Origin: a bacterium
GTDB lineage: Bacteria; Patescibacteriota; Minisyncoccia; UBA6257; GWB1-50-10
DNA length: 54,677 nucleotides
Assembly (NCBI GenBank): GCA_021824045.1
Contig: JAKALR010000003.1
Location: 1-54,677, forward strand
Reading direction: 5' to 3'
The position numbers and the translations under genes were made by a program. Positions within the stretch are counted from its first letter, which is position 1. Each line of letters begins with the position of its first letter. Below, one piece after another: positions 45,827 through 54,677 of this stretch. The notes under the pieces are model-generated. The model searched no databases, was not told the DNA's origin, and saw only the letters and a program-made list of their open reading frames with translations.

Positions 45827-47473
45827 CTATTTAAGTAATTCCATCTTCTTGATCTGGGAGAAGGTTCCAGCTTGGAGACGGTAGAAATAGACGCCGCTGG
45901 AGAGATTCGATCCATTGAATTGGACCGAGTAGCTTCCGGGGTTCTTTTCTCCGTTTACCAAAACTTGAACTTCTTGCCCCAAAATATTGAAGATAGACAA
46001 GTGAACGAAAATGGGTTTTGAGACCGAGAATTCGATCGTGGTGGTCGGGTTGAAAGGATTCGGGTAGTTCTGGAGCAATGTGAAAGTCGCCGGGCCGTGA
46101 GAGGGCTCATCGACGCCGGTCACGATCTTGAAGGACCATGACGCGGAGTCTGATGCTCCCGATGCATCACTCACGACGACGGAAACCGTTGTCGCCGACG
46201 AGAGTTCCCTGAAGGTATATATCAGGGAATCGCAACCGGCAGAAACAACGTTGCCATTCACTTTCCAGGTATAGGAAAGTGAATCACCGTTGGGGCTGCT
46301 TGCCGCAACCGAGAAGGTCATCGGCACGTTGACTCCAACGGAGTCCATTGAAGATGGCATCTGGGATGCTATTTCCGGCGGGTTGGATGGGGTATACGAA
46401 ACGATGTATATACCGGATCCTGTACCCGCAAGGATTCTACCGCCACCGTAAGGATAGAGACAGTATCCATTGGTATTCGCGAGACCAACAAACTGCCACG
46501 TTTTACCGGAGTCTGCTGAATAATAGAGGCCTGCATCTCCGCTTATTCCCGCGCCAATATCATTGTGGTATATCGCCCACACTTTTCCATTGGCCGCGAG
46601 AACCGCAGAGGCATACTTCGGCATCGGAGTCGACCCATTGACCTGAATCCAGCTTTGACCGTCGTCATTGGAGCGGAAGATTCCCTCTCCATCAGTCGCG
46701 GCGTAGACAACGCCAGTCGAAGAATCACACGACAACCCCCAGATGTTGTATCCGTTGGCTGCCATGTTTCCATTCGAGTCCAGTGTGCCATCACCGATGT
46801 TGCCGATCTGACCAATGAGACCACTGTCGGCCTCCATCCAAGTGCCGCTATCACCATTGTCAGTGGAACGGTAAATTCCCGAAGTCCATCCTTGAGGATC
46901 ACCATTGCCAGTACCAGCGATAATTGTTCCTCTCGGCGTGAAAGTAATAGCACGAAAACCACCAATTGGAGGATTAAGTACATTGAGCCAGTCCGAACCG
47001 TTATCGATTGAACGATAAACAGATCCCCCAAAACCAGTTGCCACGAACATATTACTATCCTTTATGCTTATCGCTAAAGGACCGGTAGAGTTGAGGCCCT
47101 GCACAGAATTCCAAGAATTGCCGTTATCAGTGGAATTGAAAAGGTCACCTCCTGTTCCCAAGAACAATGTTCCATTTGAATTTGCCTCAATGGCATATGC
47201 GGATGCAAATGGCATATTGGCGCCCTTGAGACCATTCATTAAATGAACCCAGGTGCTTCCTCCATCAGAAGAGCGATAGAGGTAATCAGTTCCGGTACCA
47301 GCGAAAATATTTCCACTTCTATCAACAAAGAGGGAGGCGACGGCAGCGTTGATTTTTCCACCATCGAGGATATTTTTCATTTGGAATTTTGTGGTAACGT
47401 TCGTCTGACTCCAAACCGCTATTGGCCAGATGCTCGCGAGGAGCACCAAAGCAAAAAGAATGATTCGCTTCAC
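45827..47473 (-). CDS. Secreted BNR beta-propeller protein with Ig/PKD-like domain and T9SS type-A C-terminal domain, paralog 2
   Basis: Same RBS/start context (aaaggagcgttaagaaaGTG) as paralog 1; highly similar last ~180 aa; divergent propeller. Confidence 0.85.
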   Translation of the reverse strand: MKRIILFALVLLASIWPIAVWSQTNVTTKFQMKNILDGGKINAAVASLFVDRSGNIFAGTGTDYLYRSSDGGSTWVHLMNGLKGANMPFASAYAIEANSNGTLFLGTGGDLFNSTDNGNSWNSVQGLNSTGPLAISIKDSNMFVATGFGGSVYRSIDNGSDWLNVLNPPIGGFRAITFTPRGTIIAGTGNGDPQGWTSGIYRSTDNGDSGTWMEADSGLIGQIGNIGDGTLDSNGNMAANGYNIWGLSCDSSTGVVYAATDGEGIFRSNDDGQSWIQVNGSTPMPKYASAVLAANGKVWAIYHNDIGAGISGDAGLYYSADSGKTWQFVGLANTNGYCLYPYGGGRILAGTGSGIYIVSYTPSNPPEIASQMPSSMDSVGVNVPMTFSVAASSPNGDSLSYTWKVNGNVVSAGCDSLIYTFRELSSATTVSVVVSDASGASDSASWSFKIVTGVDEPSHGPATFTLLQNYPNPFNPTTTIEFSVSKPIFVHLSIFNILGQEVQVLVNGEKNPGSYSVQFNGSNLSSGVYFYRLQAGTFSQIKKMELLK

Positions 47474-47606
47474 TTTCTTAACGCTCCTTTCTGAGCTTTC
47501 TGTTAAGCAATCAGTTATTGAGAAATGACAAGCAAGGATTTATTTAACTTCATCCTTGGCTGTTAAGTATTATACCACAAATCGCTGAAAAATGGAAGGG
47601 GTAGAT

Positions 47607-49787
47607 TTACTTCAAAAATGCTCGTATTTTCACGTAGTATGTTGTATTGGGACTCAAATTATTTATTGTTTGTGAATATGTAGTATTTGATGAAGTTGCA
47701 TCCAATTTCGGTATTATAAACCATCCCCTCACTGGATTACTCGACGTGGCATACAACACCTGCGCACCACCGGCGTAGCTCTGTGGGTTGTACCATTGCA
47801 CGGTGAAACTATTTGCCGAAACGGCGGTCGTTGTTACGCCGGTTGGCCACTGGTTGCCGCCAGTCACGTTTGCCGTCGTGACGCAGTAGCTCGATCCGCA
47901 CCAAGACATTTGTCCCAGGACGTTCACCGGCGTTGTGGGAGTCTTGCTCCCGAAGTTGCCGGTCGAGGGGTTGTAGGAGATGCCGCTCAAATCAACCCAG
48001 CCGTCCCAGGAACTGTTGCCGCCGTTGAAAGCGGGGAACCGGGCGTAGCCGGAGAGTTGATTTTTCGCCGGATTCAACTTCGGAGCGCAATTCGGAGCTC
48101 CCGTTGGGCAGCCGTTGAAGTCACTGGTGTTGAACGACAGCCAGCCGTAGCCATTCCCGCTCCACGCGTACCCGGAAAGGTTATTGTTCGAATCTATGTA
48201 CACGCCATACTGATTCGAGTCGGTCGGCGAGGTATTCGAACTGAATTTCACCCAGCCGATGCCCTGGTAGGTTGCTCCGCCCGTTTTCGCGTTGAAATAT
48301 TGTCCAAGACCCCAGACAGCCGAGATCCCATAGCCATCAACTTCGTAATAGTACGGCATGATGTTGCTCAGATTACTGTCGGTGAAGGTATGCGTGCTGC
48401 CGGGATTCAAATTAAAGGAATCTATTTGAGTTTTCCCGCTGCATCCGAAAGCGGAACTGTATCCGGAGCACCGATAGATGGTTCCCTTCCATACATCATT
48501 CGGGTTGACCACGGAGATCGTAACGCTGTTCGCCGAAGCGCTCCCGGTGACCGAGAAGGGCACCGACGGAGTTCCATAGAAACTCGACGATCCCATCTTT
48601 TGGAAATAGCCGTTGGTTATCGTCCCATTGACATTGGCCCAGGCATACCCCGAAAGCGATTCTTTCAGATTCAAGTTGATGGAACCCGATGTCACGGGAC
48701 CGGTGATATTCCCGCTCCCGTCCTTGAAGGCAACGCTGTAAACATGAGTTGCGCTGAGCGGCGCCGTAGTGTCGTAGTACGACGTCGCCGTAGAACGCCC
48801 GAGAGACACGGTGTATATCTGTGTTCCGTCCCGGTATACAACGTAGGTCCCCGACGAAGCATTTTTGACCGTCGGCCAGGAAAGATACACCGTCCCCTGA
48901 TTCGCGGTCGTCGAGGCATAGACCACATTAGCGGTCATGGAGGATCCGCTGAAACTCGGTAGAGGCGGCACCACTTTCGTGAAATTCGCCGTGAGAGCGC
49001 CCGATGCGGTACTCCCCGTATCATTGATAATCTTGCACGTTGCGTTGGTCACCGGGTAGCAAGAATCCAGAGCGATGCCCGTACCGCTCCAGCTGGAAAA
49101 CGTGTAGCCGGATGCGGGAGTAGCAGTGAGAGTGATATTTTGCGGAGGCGTAAATTTCAAATTGGTGCTGCACTGCGTCGATCCCTCGCCGCAGTCTATG
49201 GCAGTTACCCCGGCGCTACTGTTTACCGTCGTGATCATGCCGGCATTATTATTGGCGCTTCCATTAGCGGCTAACTGAACGGTCAAATTATTCGATGGCG
49301 GCGGCGACGGCGGCTGATAAGCTTGGGTGAAATCAGCCGATACGGCCGCGTTATAGACGTCATCCACGATCCAGGTCAACGAGCATGCGCTCGTATTCGG
49401 CGTTCCGCTGCACGCGCCGCCCCAGCTTGAAAATTGGTATCCACTTGCGGGCGTTGCCGTCAAAGTAACCGTGATATTGCCGCTGCCGACTCCCCCGCTG
49501 CATCTCGTGCCGGTCGTGCCGCAGTTTATGATTACCGTTCCGCTCTGGGTTTTACCAACCACCGAACCAGCGACCGTCCCGCTGCCGCCGTTCAATGTTA
49601 TCGTAACCGACAACTGCCGCGTCGGTTGCGGAGGCGGCGGAGGCGTCCCGCCTCCCCCCCCCGTTCCTCCGCCATCCGGGGGCAATGGCGCTACCGCGGA
49701 CACGCCATGCGACATCATAACGGACCCTACGCCGATGGCCGCGATCGCGATGAAAAAGATGAAAAATTTTTTATTCGACAATTTCAT
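47607..49787 (-). CDS. Secreted surface protein with divergent InlB-B-like repeats, FN3 domains and CPR-type LSGYAW..GW.SF repeats
   Basis: Signal peptide, Pro/Gly linkers, two TLTATPASGY.FSSW repeats, C-terminal NLSPNTTYYVKIRA. Confidence 0.75.
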   Translation of the reverse strand: MKLSNKKFFIFFIAIAAIGVGSVMMSHGVSAVAPLPPDGGGTGGGGGTPPPPPQPTRQLSVTITLNGGSGTVAGSVVGKTQSGTVIINCGTTGTRCSGGVGSGNITVTLTATPASGYQFSSWGGACSGTPNTSACSLTWIVDDVYNAAVSADFTQAYQPPSPPPSNNLTVQLAANGSANNNAGMITTVNSSAGVTAIDCGEGSTQCSTNLKFTPPQNITLTATPASGYTFSSWSGTGIALDSCYPVTNATCKIINDTGSTASGALTANFTKVVPPLPSFSGSSMTANVVYASTTANQGTVYLSWPTVKNASSGTYVVYRDGTQIYTVSLGRSTATSYYDTTAPLSATHVYSVAFKDGSGNITGPVTSGSINLNLKESLSGYAWANVNGTITNGYFQKMGSSSFYGTPSVPFSVTGSASANSVTISVVNPNDVWKGTIYRCSGYSSAFGCSGKTQIDSFNLNPGSTHTFTDSNLSNIMPYYYEVDGYGISAVWGLGQYFNAKTGGATYQGIGWVKFSSNTSPTDSNQYGVYIDSNNNLSGYAWSGNGYGWLSFNTSDFNGCPTGAPNCAPKLNPAKNQLSGYARFPAFNGGNSSWDGWVDLSGISYNPSTGNFGSKTPTTPVNVLGQMSWCGSSYCVTTANVTGGNQWPTGVTTTAVSANSFTVQWYNPQSYAGGAQVLYATSSNPVRGWFIIPKLDATSSNTTYSQTINNLSPNTTYYVKIRAFLK

Positions 49788-51097
49788 TATGGTTTAGCAC
49801 AGTAAATGGTTCCAAACGGTATCGTTACTGAGTTGCTGGGGTTTCTCGTTGTTACATTTTCCTTCACTCCTACCAAGAGATAACCATTGGGGCAGGTTAC
49901 AGCATTAACACAGGTGCCACCCTGAGATTGAGGACAACTGGTAACACTCTTTTTAATTACATTACTCCACTGCTGATTTTTCAGTTCAAGCTGGCCGACG
50001 TTTAACGTTGCTGTGTTGTATGACGGATCATTGGGGTTTACGTCGCATTGATAGAATTCCAATAAATCGCCGTTGTACGACTGCGCATTGACCGACGGAC
50101 AGGAGGACCCGGATCCGGTATACAACCATTTCCTCAAGAGAATAATATTGCCCTTGGTATTTGAGTTACATAAATTGTTGTCGATGATAGTCTGCGGCGG
50201 TAACCCGGATAAACATTGGTTGTTGTTACTGGTATCGGTATAACATTTACCTCCGTGTTGCTGGCAATACTGAGATGTATAATCCTTTATATTCGGTAGC
50301 CCACTCACCGACGGCCAGTTCCCAATGCTCAACCGATCGTACCCCGGTCCCGGCACGCCTCCCCGATTGCGGTCGCTGATCAGCACCGTCCCGTCCGATC
50401 CGTTAATATCAAAAGAGTTGATCCAGGCGATAGACCCGTCATTGCTGATGGTGCCGTTGCCGAAATAGAGATCGGAGGGACTGAAACTGATCCGCATGGG
50501 TTGATAGTCGGGCAACTGCGAGATCAAATTATCCGGCATCCACGAATTCGCGGATGAATCATAGTGAGCACCGACCGTTATGGAACTTGTGGTACCTATG
50601 GCATCCAAGACCATCGGCATGGAAGATGGTGTATTATTACCCAATAATAATTCACCTACCGTTCCCGTCTGCTGTAACGGCGCCGTCCCGATGCCGATAT
50701 TGAGCGGTGTCGAGGAAAAGGGACTGGTGCCGGACGCTTCCGACCATGCGGCGAGAGGACTCAAATCGTTGCCGGGCGTGCTTAACGCCAGTGTCGTGCC
50801 GACCCAAGGGACGTCGAATAGACCCAAGGCCCCGTTCACGTATCCGCTGTTACTAAAAAGGATTGCCGGGGAGGAAACGGAGAACGTGATAGTTCCTGAA
50901 TTCACATCGACCGACAATGACCCACTCTTCGCTTGAGAAAAAGGCCCTGCGCTGATCGGTTCCGTGGAGCCAATGTCACTCGGCGGAGCGGCGATTGGTT
51001 CGCTGTAGGCAATGGCCTTCAAAGAAACAAGCACGCTGACCCCCAGGCCGGAAATTATTATGATGAAACTTATTATCTTATTTTTTTGCATAATCAT
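49787..51097 (-). CDS. Secreted/anchored hypothetical protein (fiber/adhesin-like)
   Basis: N-terminal TM/signal, PP....P...G..SQAKSGSL motif, C-terminal TCPNGY...IYC. Confidence 0.6.
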   Translation of the reverse strand: MIMQKNKIISFIIIISGLGVSVLVSLKAIAYSEPIAAPPSDIGSTEPISAGPFSQAKSGSLSVDVNSGTITFSVSSPAILFSNSGYVNGALGLFDVPWVGTTLALSTPGNDLSPLAAWSEASGTSPFSSTPLNIGIGTAPLQQTGTVGELLLGNNTPSSMPMVLDAIGTTSSITVGAHYDSSANSWMPDNLISQLPDYQPMRISFSPSDLYFGNGTISNDGSIAWINSFDINGSDGTVLISDRNRGGVPGPGYDRLSIGNWPSVSGLPNIKDYTSQYCQQHGGKCYTDTSNNNQCLSGLPPQTIIDNNLCNSNTKGNIILLRKWLYTGSGSSCPSVNAQSYNGDLLEFYQCDVNPNDPSYNTATLNVGQLELKNQQWSNVIKKSVTSCPQSQGGTCVNAVTCPNGYLLVGVKENVTTRNPSNSVTIPFGTIYCAKP

Positions 51098-51114
51098 AGT
51101 GTCCGCTGATTGTC

Positions 51115-52515
51115 TTAAAACGGCTGCCACAATTTTTCGCACTGGATTATGGGGACAACTCCGTTCGCGGTTTTATTCGTATCTCCGACGACATTAGCAA
51201 AGAAGCCCTTGGGGCATGTTGCCCAACTGTTCGGATAATATCCGCTCGTCGGCGTCGGATCGGTATCTTGTGGCATAAGGTAATGAAGATTGCTGCCCGT
51301 AGGAGTCGTACCTGTAAAGACCTCTTGCTTCAAGCGGCTACAACCATTCGCTTGAGCTAAGGAGCTTGTTGCCGGCCAAAAGATAAGATTAGCGCTCGCG
51401 GGACTCTGGCCGCACTGCACGGCAACACTCTGCAGTTGACTCTTCCAATCAGTGGTCGGTGTCGAAGCCCACCATCCGCTCCACATTGGATTCATTACGT
51501 TAATGTCATTTGCTCTCACGAGGGTTCTCCCGCCCGCCTGCACTTCCTGATATACATACCATTCATACGTACCATCTGGATTATTCAGATAGCCATACTG
51601 TCCTACATTATAGGTATTGGAGGATCCTATATACGTTGATATTTCAGCAGAATAAGTCTGACCCGGGAAGATCTTAAAAAATTCGTCGGGCTTATTGAGA
51701 TCCAAAAATATCGCCCCTGCTGGTTTGGTAGTTTGGAAACCAACATCGTGAAAAGCGAATGTCGCTTCACCCGTCGGCGCGCCGATTGTTACATTCGTGC
51801 TACTTGCAAAAGGTATCTTGATGCCGTACCGGAACCGATTTTTCAAAGCAACTTGGGGATCGTTCACATTCGGTTTCGGCCCTGCCACCGCGATGCCCAA
51901 TCCGTTGCCGAGAGATCCTCCGAAGAGAATCCCAAAAGAGGATGCGTTCGGATTGAACTCATTCCAATCCCAGTTGATAATAGTTCGATCCGGTGTCGAA
52001 GTGGCGTACGCATTGAAGAGAATGCCGTTCTCGGTGCCGCTCGGATTCTGATAGAAAGAAGCGTTCGGCGTCGAGGCAGCGCAATTTATCATAATGCCGG
52101 AATTAACGCATCGATCCGGATTCGGCATGAGTCCCCGAATACTCAAGGTGCTGGAGCCGATAGGCATGTTGTTCACCGCAGGATTTGTTTCAATAACCAG
52201 ATCGTTCGGCGAATAGAGACCCGTTGTTGTCGCAAACCAGGAAAGCAAGTTGGCATTCCCCCCCGAACTTGAAAGAATACCGAAGATCCCGTTGGAAAAT
52301 TGCAACATCGCATTCGATCCGGCGGTATTCCACTGCAACGCTTCGCCGGTTACCGAGTTTCCCACCGAGAAATTCAGCGATGAAGAAGCAAAATTCAAGG
52401 GACCGCTTTTGATCTGATCGACTAAGGAAGTGTCCAGCGGCACTTCAACTGCCAGGGCAGTGAGGGTTCCCGCCGCAAGAGCGGCTATTACGACGGGCAG
52501 AAGATATTTTTTCAT
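51115..52515 (-). CDS. Secreted hypothetical protein (fiber/adhesin-like)
   Basis: Signal peptide, PLDTS..DQIKSGPL, C-terminal TCPKGF...IQC. Confidence 0.6.
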   Translation of the reverse strand: MKKYLLPVVIAALAAGTLTALAVEVPLDTSLVDQIKSGPLNFASSSLNFSVGNSVTGEALQWNTAGSNAMLQFSNGIFGILSSSGGNANLLSWFATTTGLYSPNDLVIETNPAVNNMPIGSSTLSIRGLMPNPDRCVNSGIMINCAASTPNASFYQNPSGTENGILFNAYATSTPDRTIINWDWNEFNPNASSFGILFGGSLGNGLGIAVAGPKPNVNDPQVALKNRFRYGIKIPFASSTNVTIGAPTGEATFAFHDVGFQTTKPAGAIFLDLNKPDEFFKIFPGQTYSAEISTYIGSSNTYNVGQYGYLNNPDGTYEWYVYQEVQAGGRTLVRANDINVMNPMWSGWWASTPTTDWKSQLQSVAVQCGQSPASANLIFWPATSSLAQANGCSRLKQEVFTGTTPTGSNLHYLMPQDTDPTPTSGYYPNSWATCPKGFFANVVGDTNKTANGVVPIIQCEKLWQPF

Positions 52516-52526
52516 GATTGGAAGCA

Positions 52527-53654
52527 TTAGAAGGATTGGAATATTTGAGTACAGTGGATACTCGGGAGTGTATTCGCCTGAAATTTGATAGCATCGATGT
52601 AGTATCCATTCGGACAAATAATCGGCAGTCGCCCCCCGCCAACCAAATCCGTCCCTATGGTATTAGCAGGAGTTATACTACTGTCAACGCTCTTAACGAA
52701 GTTGGTGATATCCGTATTGCCGCTGGGACTCTGCAAAATAATCCCATCTCCACTGTTATTCCACACCACTAAGTCCGAGGATAATGATGCATTCGCATCC
52801 ATCGAGGGGTTCTCAGCGATTTGACCAACCGTTATGTTCGCGAAACTCGGCTTTCCCATCGATCCTTTCAATATATCCACATTGCCATTCGCGTACACCC
52901 GCACAAAAGCGCCGGATGAAAAATTGCCATATCCTCCGCCGCCCAGGAGTGTGGACCCATCAGTCACGTCGCTCGCCAGATCAATAAAGCCGTTGACGTG
53001 ATTCACGAAGATGCCGGAAAACGACACAATGTTCCCATTCGGCAACGTACCGCTCGGCGCGTTGTACTGGCCAAGCAACGAGCTTGTGGAAAAATACCCA
53101 CCCGACAAGATAACCGGCCCCATGCCACTGTAATTCTGGGTTCCCAGGGGATTGGTATACATATTCAGCCCGCCGCTTCTGTCCGCGTTTAATACCGAAA
53201 AGTCGGGAACCATGAAATTTCCGCTCTCAAGATCGGCGATGGAACCCTGATTCGAAGCACCAGCAATAACCGACTCCGTAGAAAGAAACGTTCCGCTGGA
53301 TGATTGCCAATTGTAGCCGAGAACCGACGAATAACCGCCGCCGGTAACTCGAATACCTTGCGAGTTAACATCGTAAACCATGGAACTCGTAACATTACCA
53401 TTGCTGTCGATCCACTGGATGCCGGCAGGCGACAATTGCAACCGCAGTGGCTGAGACGCGCCGCCTATCATGAGACTGCCCGCCGCCGTTTGCGACGACG
53501 TGCCAGTATCAAGCGGCGGGTAAAACATTCCTAACGGCGGCTGAGTATTCGGAGCCGCATATTGGGCACTCACCGAAGAGTATCCCTCAAATCCTAAGAC
53601 CACGAAGAGCACGAGGGCGAGATGAAAAAGCGGATTGGAGAAAAGTTTCTTCAT
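52527..53654 (-). CDS. Secreted hypothetical protein (fiber/adhesin-like)
   Basis: Signal peptide, PP....PPLDTGTSSQTAAGSL, C-terminal ICPNGY...IHC. Confidence 0.6.
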   Translation of the reverse strand: MKKLFSNPLFHLALVLFVVLGFEGYSSVSAQYAAPNTQPPLGMFYPPLDTGTSSQTAAGSLMIGGASQPLRLQLSPAGIQWIDSNGNVTSSMVYDVNSQGIRVTGGGYSSVLGYNWQSSSGTFLSTESVIAGASNQGSIADLESGNFMVPDFSVLNADRSGGLNMYTNPLGTQNYSGMGPVILSGGYFSTSSLLGQYNAPSGTLPNGNIVSFSGIFVNHVNGFIDLASDVTDGSTLLGGGGYGNFSSGAFVRVYANGNVDILKGSMGKPSFANITVGQIAENPSMDANASLSSDLVVWNNSGDGIILQSPSGNTDITNFVKSVDSSITPANTIGTDLVGGGRLPIICPNGYYIDAIKFQANTLPSIHCTQIFQSF

Positions 53655-53716
53655 GCGAACTTCTTTTAAAGCATTATAGCACATTTGCGCCACGAGAAAT
53701 ATGGTATAATGAGCAC

Positions 53717-54229
53717 ATGGAAATAATGACTCCAAAAAACAAAAAAGTTCTCACAATCCTCAGCCTCATCCTTCTCGTCGTCGTGATATTCATCGTTGGT
53801 TTCTGGGCTGGAAACCAAATCGGCATGCGAACGGGAACCGCGGAAGGGGTTCAGACAGCCGAAGCGCAATACAAACCGCTCTTGAACGTTGCATTTCCGG
53901 AACCGCCGGCCGTGCTTACGCAAACCAGGGCAAAAATAACTGGCATTGAGGGAAGTACTTTCACCATCTCAATGGATGATCCAAATGACTACCTCCCCCA
54001 TCTTGATGGCTCCCCTAAGAAGCAAATTACGAAAACGGTTGTCATTAATCCCGGTACGCAAATCATAAAGTTAGACTACTCGAAAATGGATAAATCGGGA
54101 ATGCCTCTTCAGTCTCCCCTTGCCATATCGGACTTGAAAACGGGCGACATAGTAACGGTCACCACAAATTCGAATATCAGGACCGACAATACGTTCGTTG
54201 CGAATCAAATCACTCTTGCGGTATACTAG
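53717..54229 (+). CDS. Single-TM protein with DUF5666-like OB-fold domain
   Basis: TM helix, then KITGIEG..FTI ... [12 protein letters not shown]...A..I. Confidence 0.55.
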   Translation: MEIMTPKNKKVLTILSLILLVVVIFIVGFWAGNQIGMRTGTAEGVQTAEAQYKPLLNVAFPEPPAVLTQTRAKITGIEGSTFTISMDDPNDYLPHLDGSPKKQITKTVVINPGTQIIKLDYSKMDKSGMPLQSPLAISDLKTGDIVTVTTNSNIRTDNTFVANQITLAVY

Positions 54230-54234
54230 CTTCC

Positions 54235-54677
54235 ATGAATCTTATTCCGACGGTAATTGAAAAATCGTCTTTCGGCGAACGGGCGTACGATATCTACTCG
54301 CGCCTTCTCATGGAGCGGATCATTTTTCTCGGCGGTCCGATCATGGACGACGTTGCGAACAGCGTGATCGCCCAGCTTCTCTTTTTAGATCACGAGGACC
54401 AGAAGAAAGACATTAAATTGTATTTGAATACGCCGGGCGGATCCGTCACGGCGGGCCTCGCGATCTACGACACGATGCAGCATGTCAAGTCCCCGGTCTC
54501 GACAATCTGCGTCGGCATGGCGGCTTCGATGGGCGCGGTGCTCTTGGGCGCCGGGCAAAAAGGCAAACGGTTCGCCCTTCCCAATTCCGAGATTCTCCTC
54601 CACCAGGTGATGGGCGGCGCGGAGGGCCAGGCAATCGAAATAGAAATCACGGCGCGGCAGATCGTGAAGATGAAGGA
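54235..54677 (+). CDS. clpP: ATP-dependent Clp protease proteolytic subunit (partial, runs off window)
   Basis: Not in ORF track: [29 protein letters not shown]...AQLLFL...[19 protein letters not shown]...GMAASMG...HQ. Confidence 0.96.
   Translation, partial: MNLIPTVIEKSSFGERAYDIYSRLLMERIIFLGGPIMDDVANSVIAQLLFLDHEDQKKDIKLYLNTPGGSVTAGLAIYDTMQHVKSPVSTICVGMAASMGAVLLGAGQKGKRFALPNSEILLHQVMGGAEGQAIEIEITARQIVKMK

Noticed and set aside
1-54677. Alternative genetic code (UGA=Gly, code 25) or a complete DGR in the window
   Set aside because: TGA terminates full-length genes (helicase, pheS, pilC); no reverse transcriptase or adenine-rich template copy of 9220-9390 was seen

Overview
The window looks like a Patescibacteria (CPR, Parcubacteria-like) chromosome segment in genetic code 11. 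This is inferred from the gene content and order and from apparently leaderless genes. The housekeeping part carries a UvrD/PD-(D/E)XK helicase-nuclease, a CCA-adding enzyme, recG, a monomeric mitochondrial-type PheRS, gatA/gatC, ligA, a full type IV pilus/competence cluster (pilMNO, pilB, pilT, pilC, pilins, pilD, comF), partial clpP and 7 tRNAs. Accessory features: (1) a small decayed island at tRNA-Ala with an NYN nuclease and a possible antisense sRNA; (2) tRNA-Arg flanked by duplicated tRNA fragments and REP-like palindromes; (3) a DGR-target-like gene split by an intact IS256-family element with 26-bp TIRs and an 8-bp TSD; (4) two HTH/LAGLIDADG-like genes that each end at the 5' end of a tRNA. 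Most notable is a ~15-kb modular array (34.9-49.8 kb) of three different radical SAM/SPASM plus precursor-peptide (RiPP) cassettes. Two of the precursors (38 and 39 aa) are missing from the ORF track. The cassettes are interleaved with two secreted beta-propeller proteins bearing FCB-type T9SS C-terminal tails, orphan C-terminal fragments of an upstream surface protein, HicBA, and shared hairpin repeats. All family assignments come from motif recognition by eye; no database searches were run.
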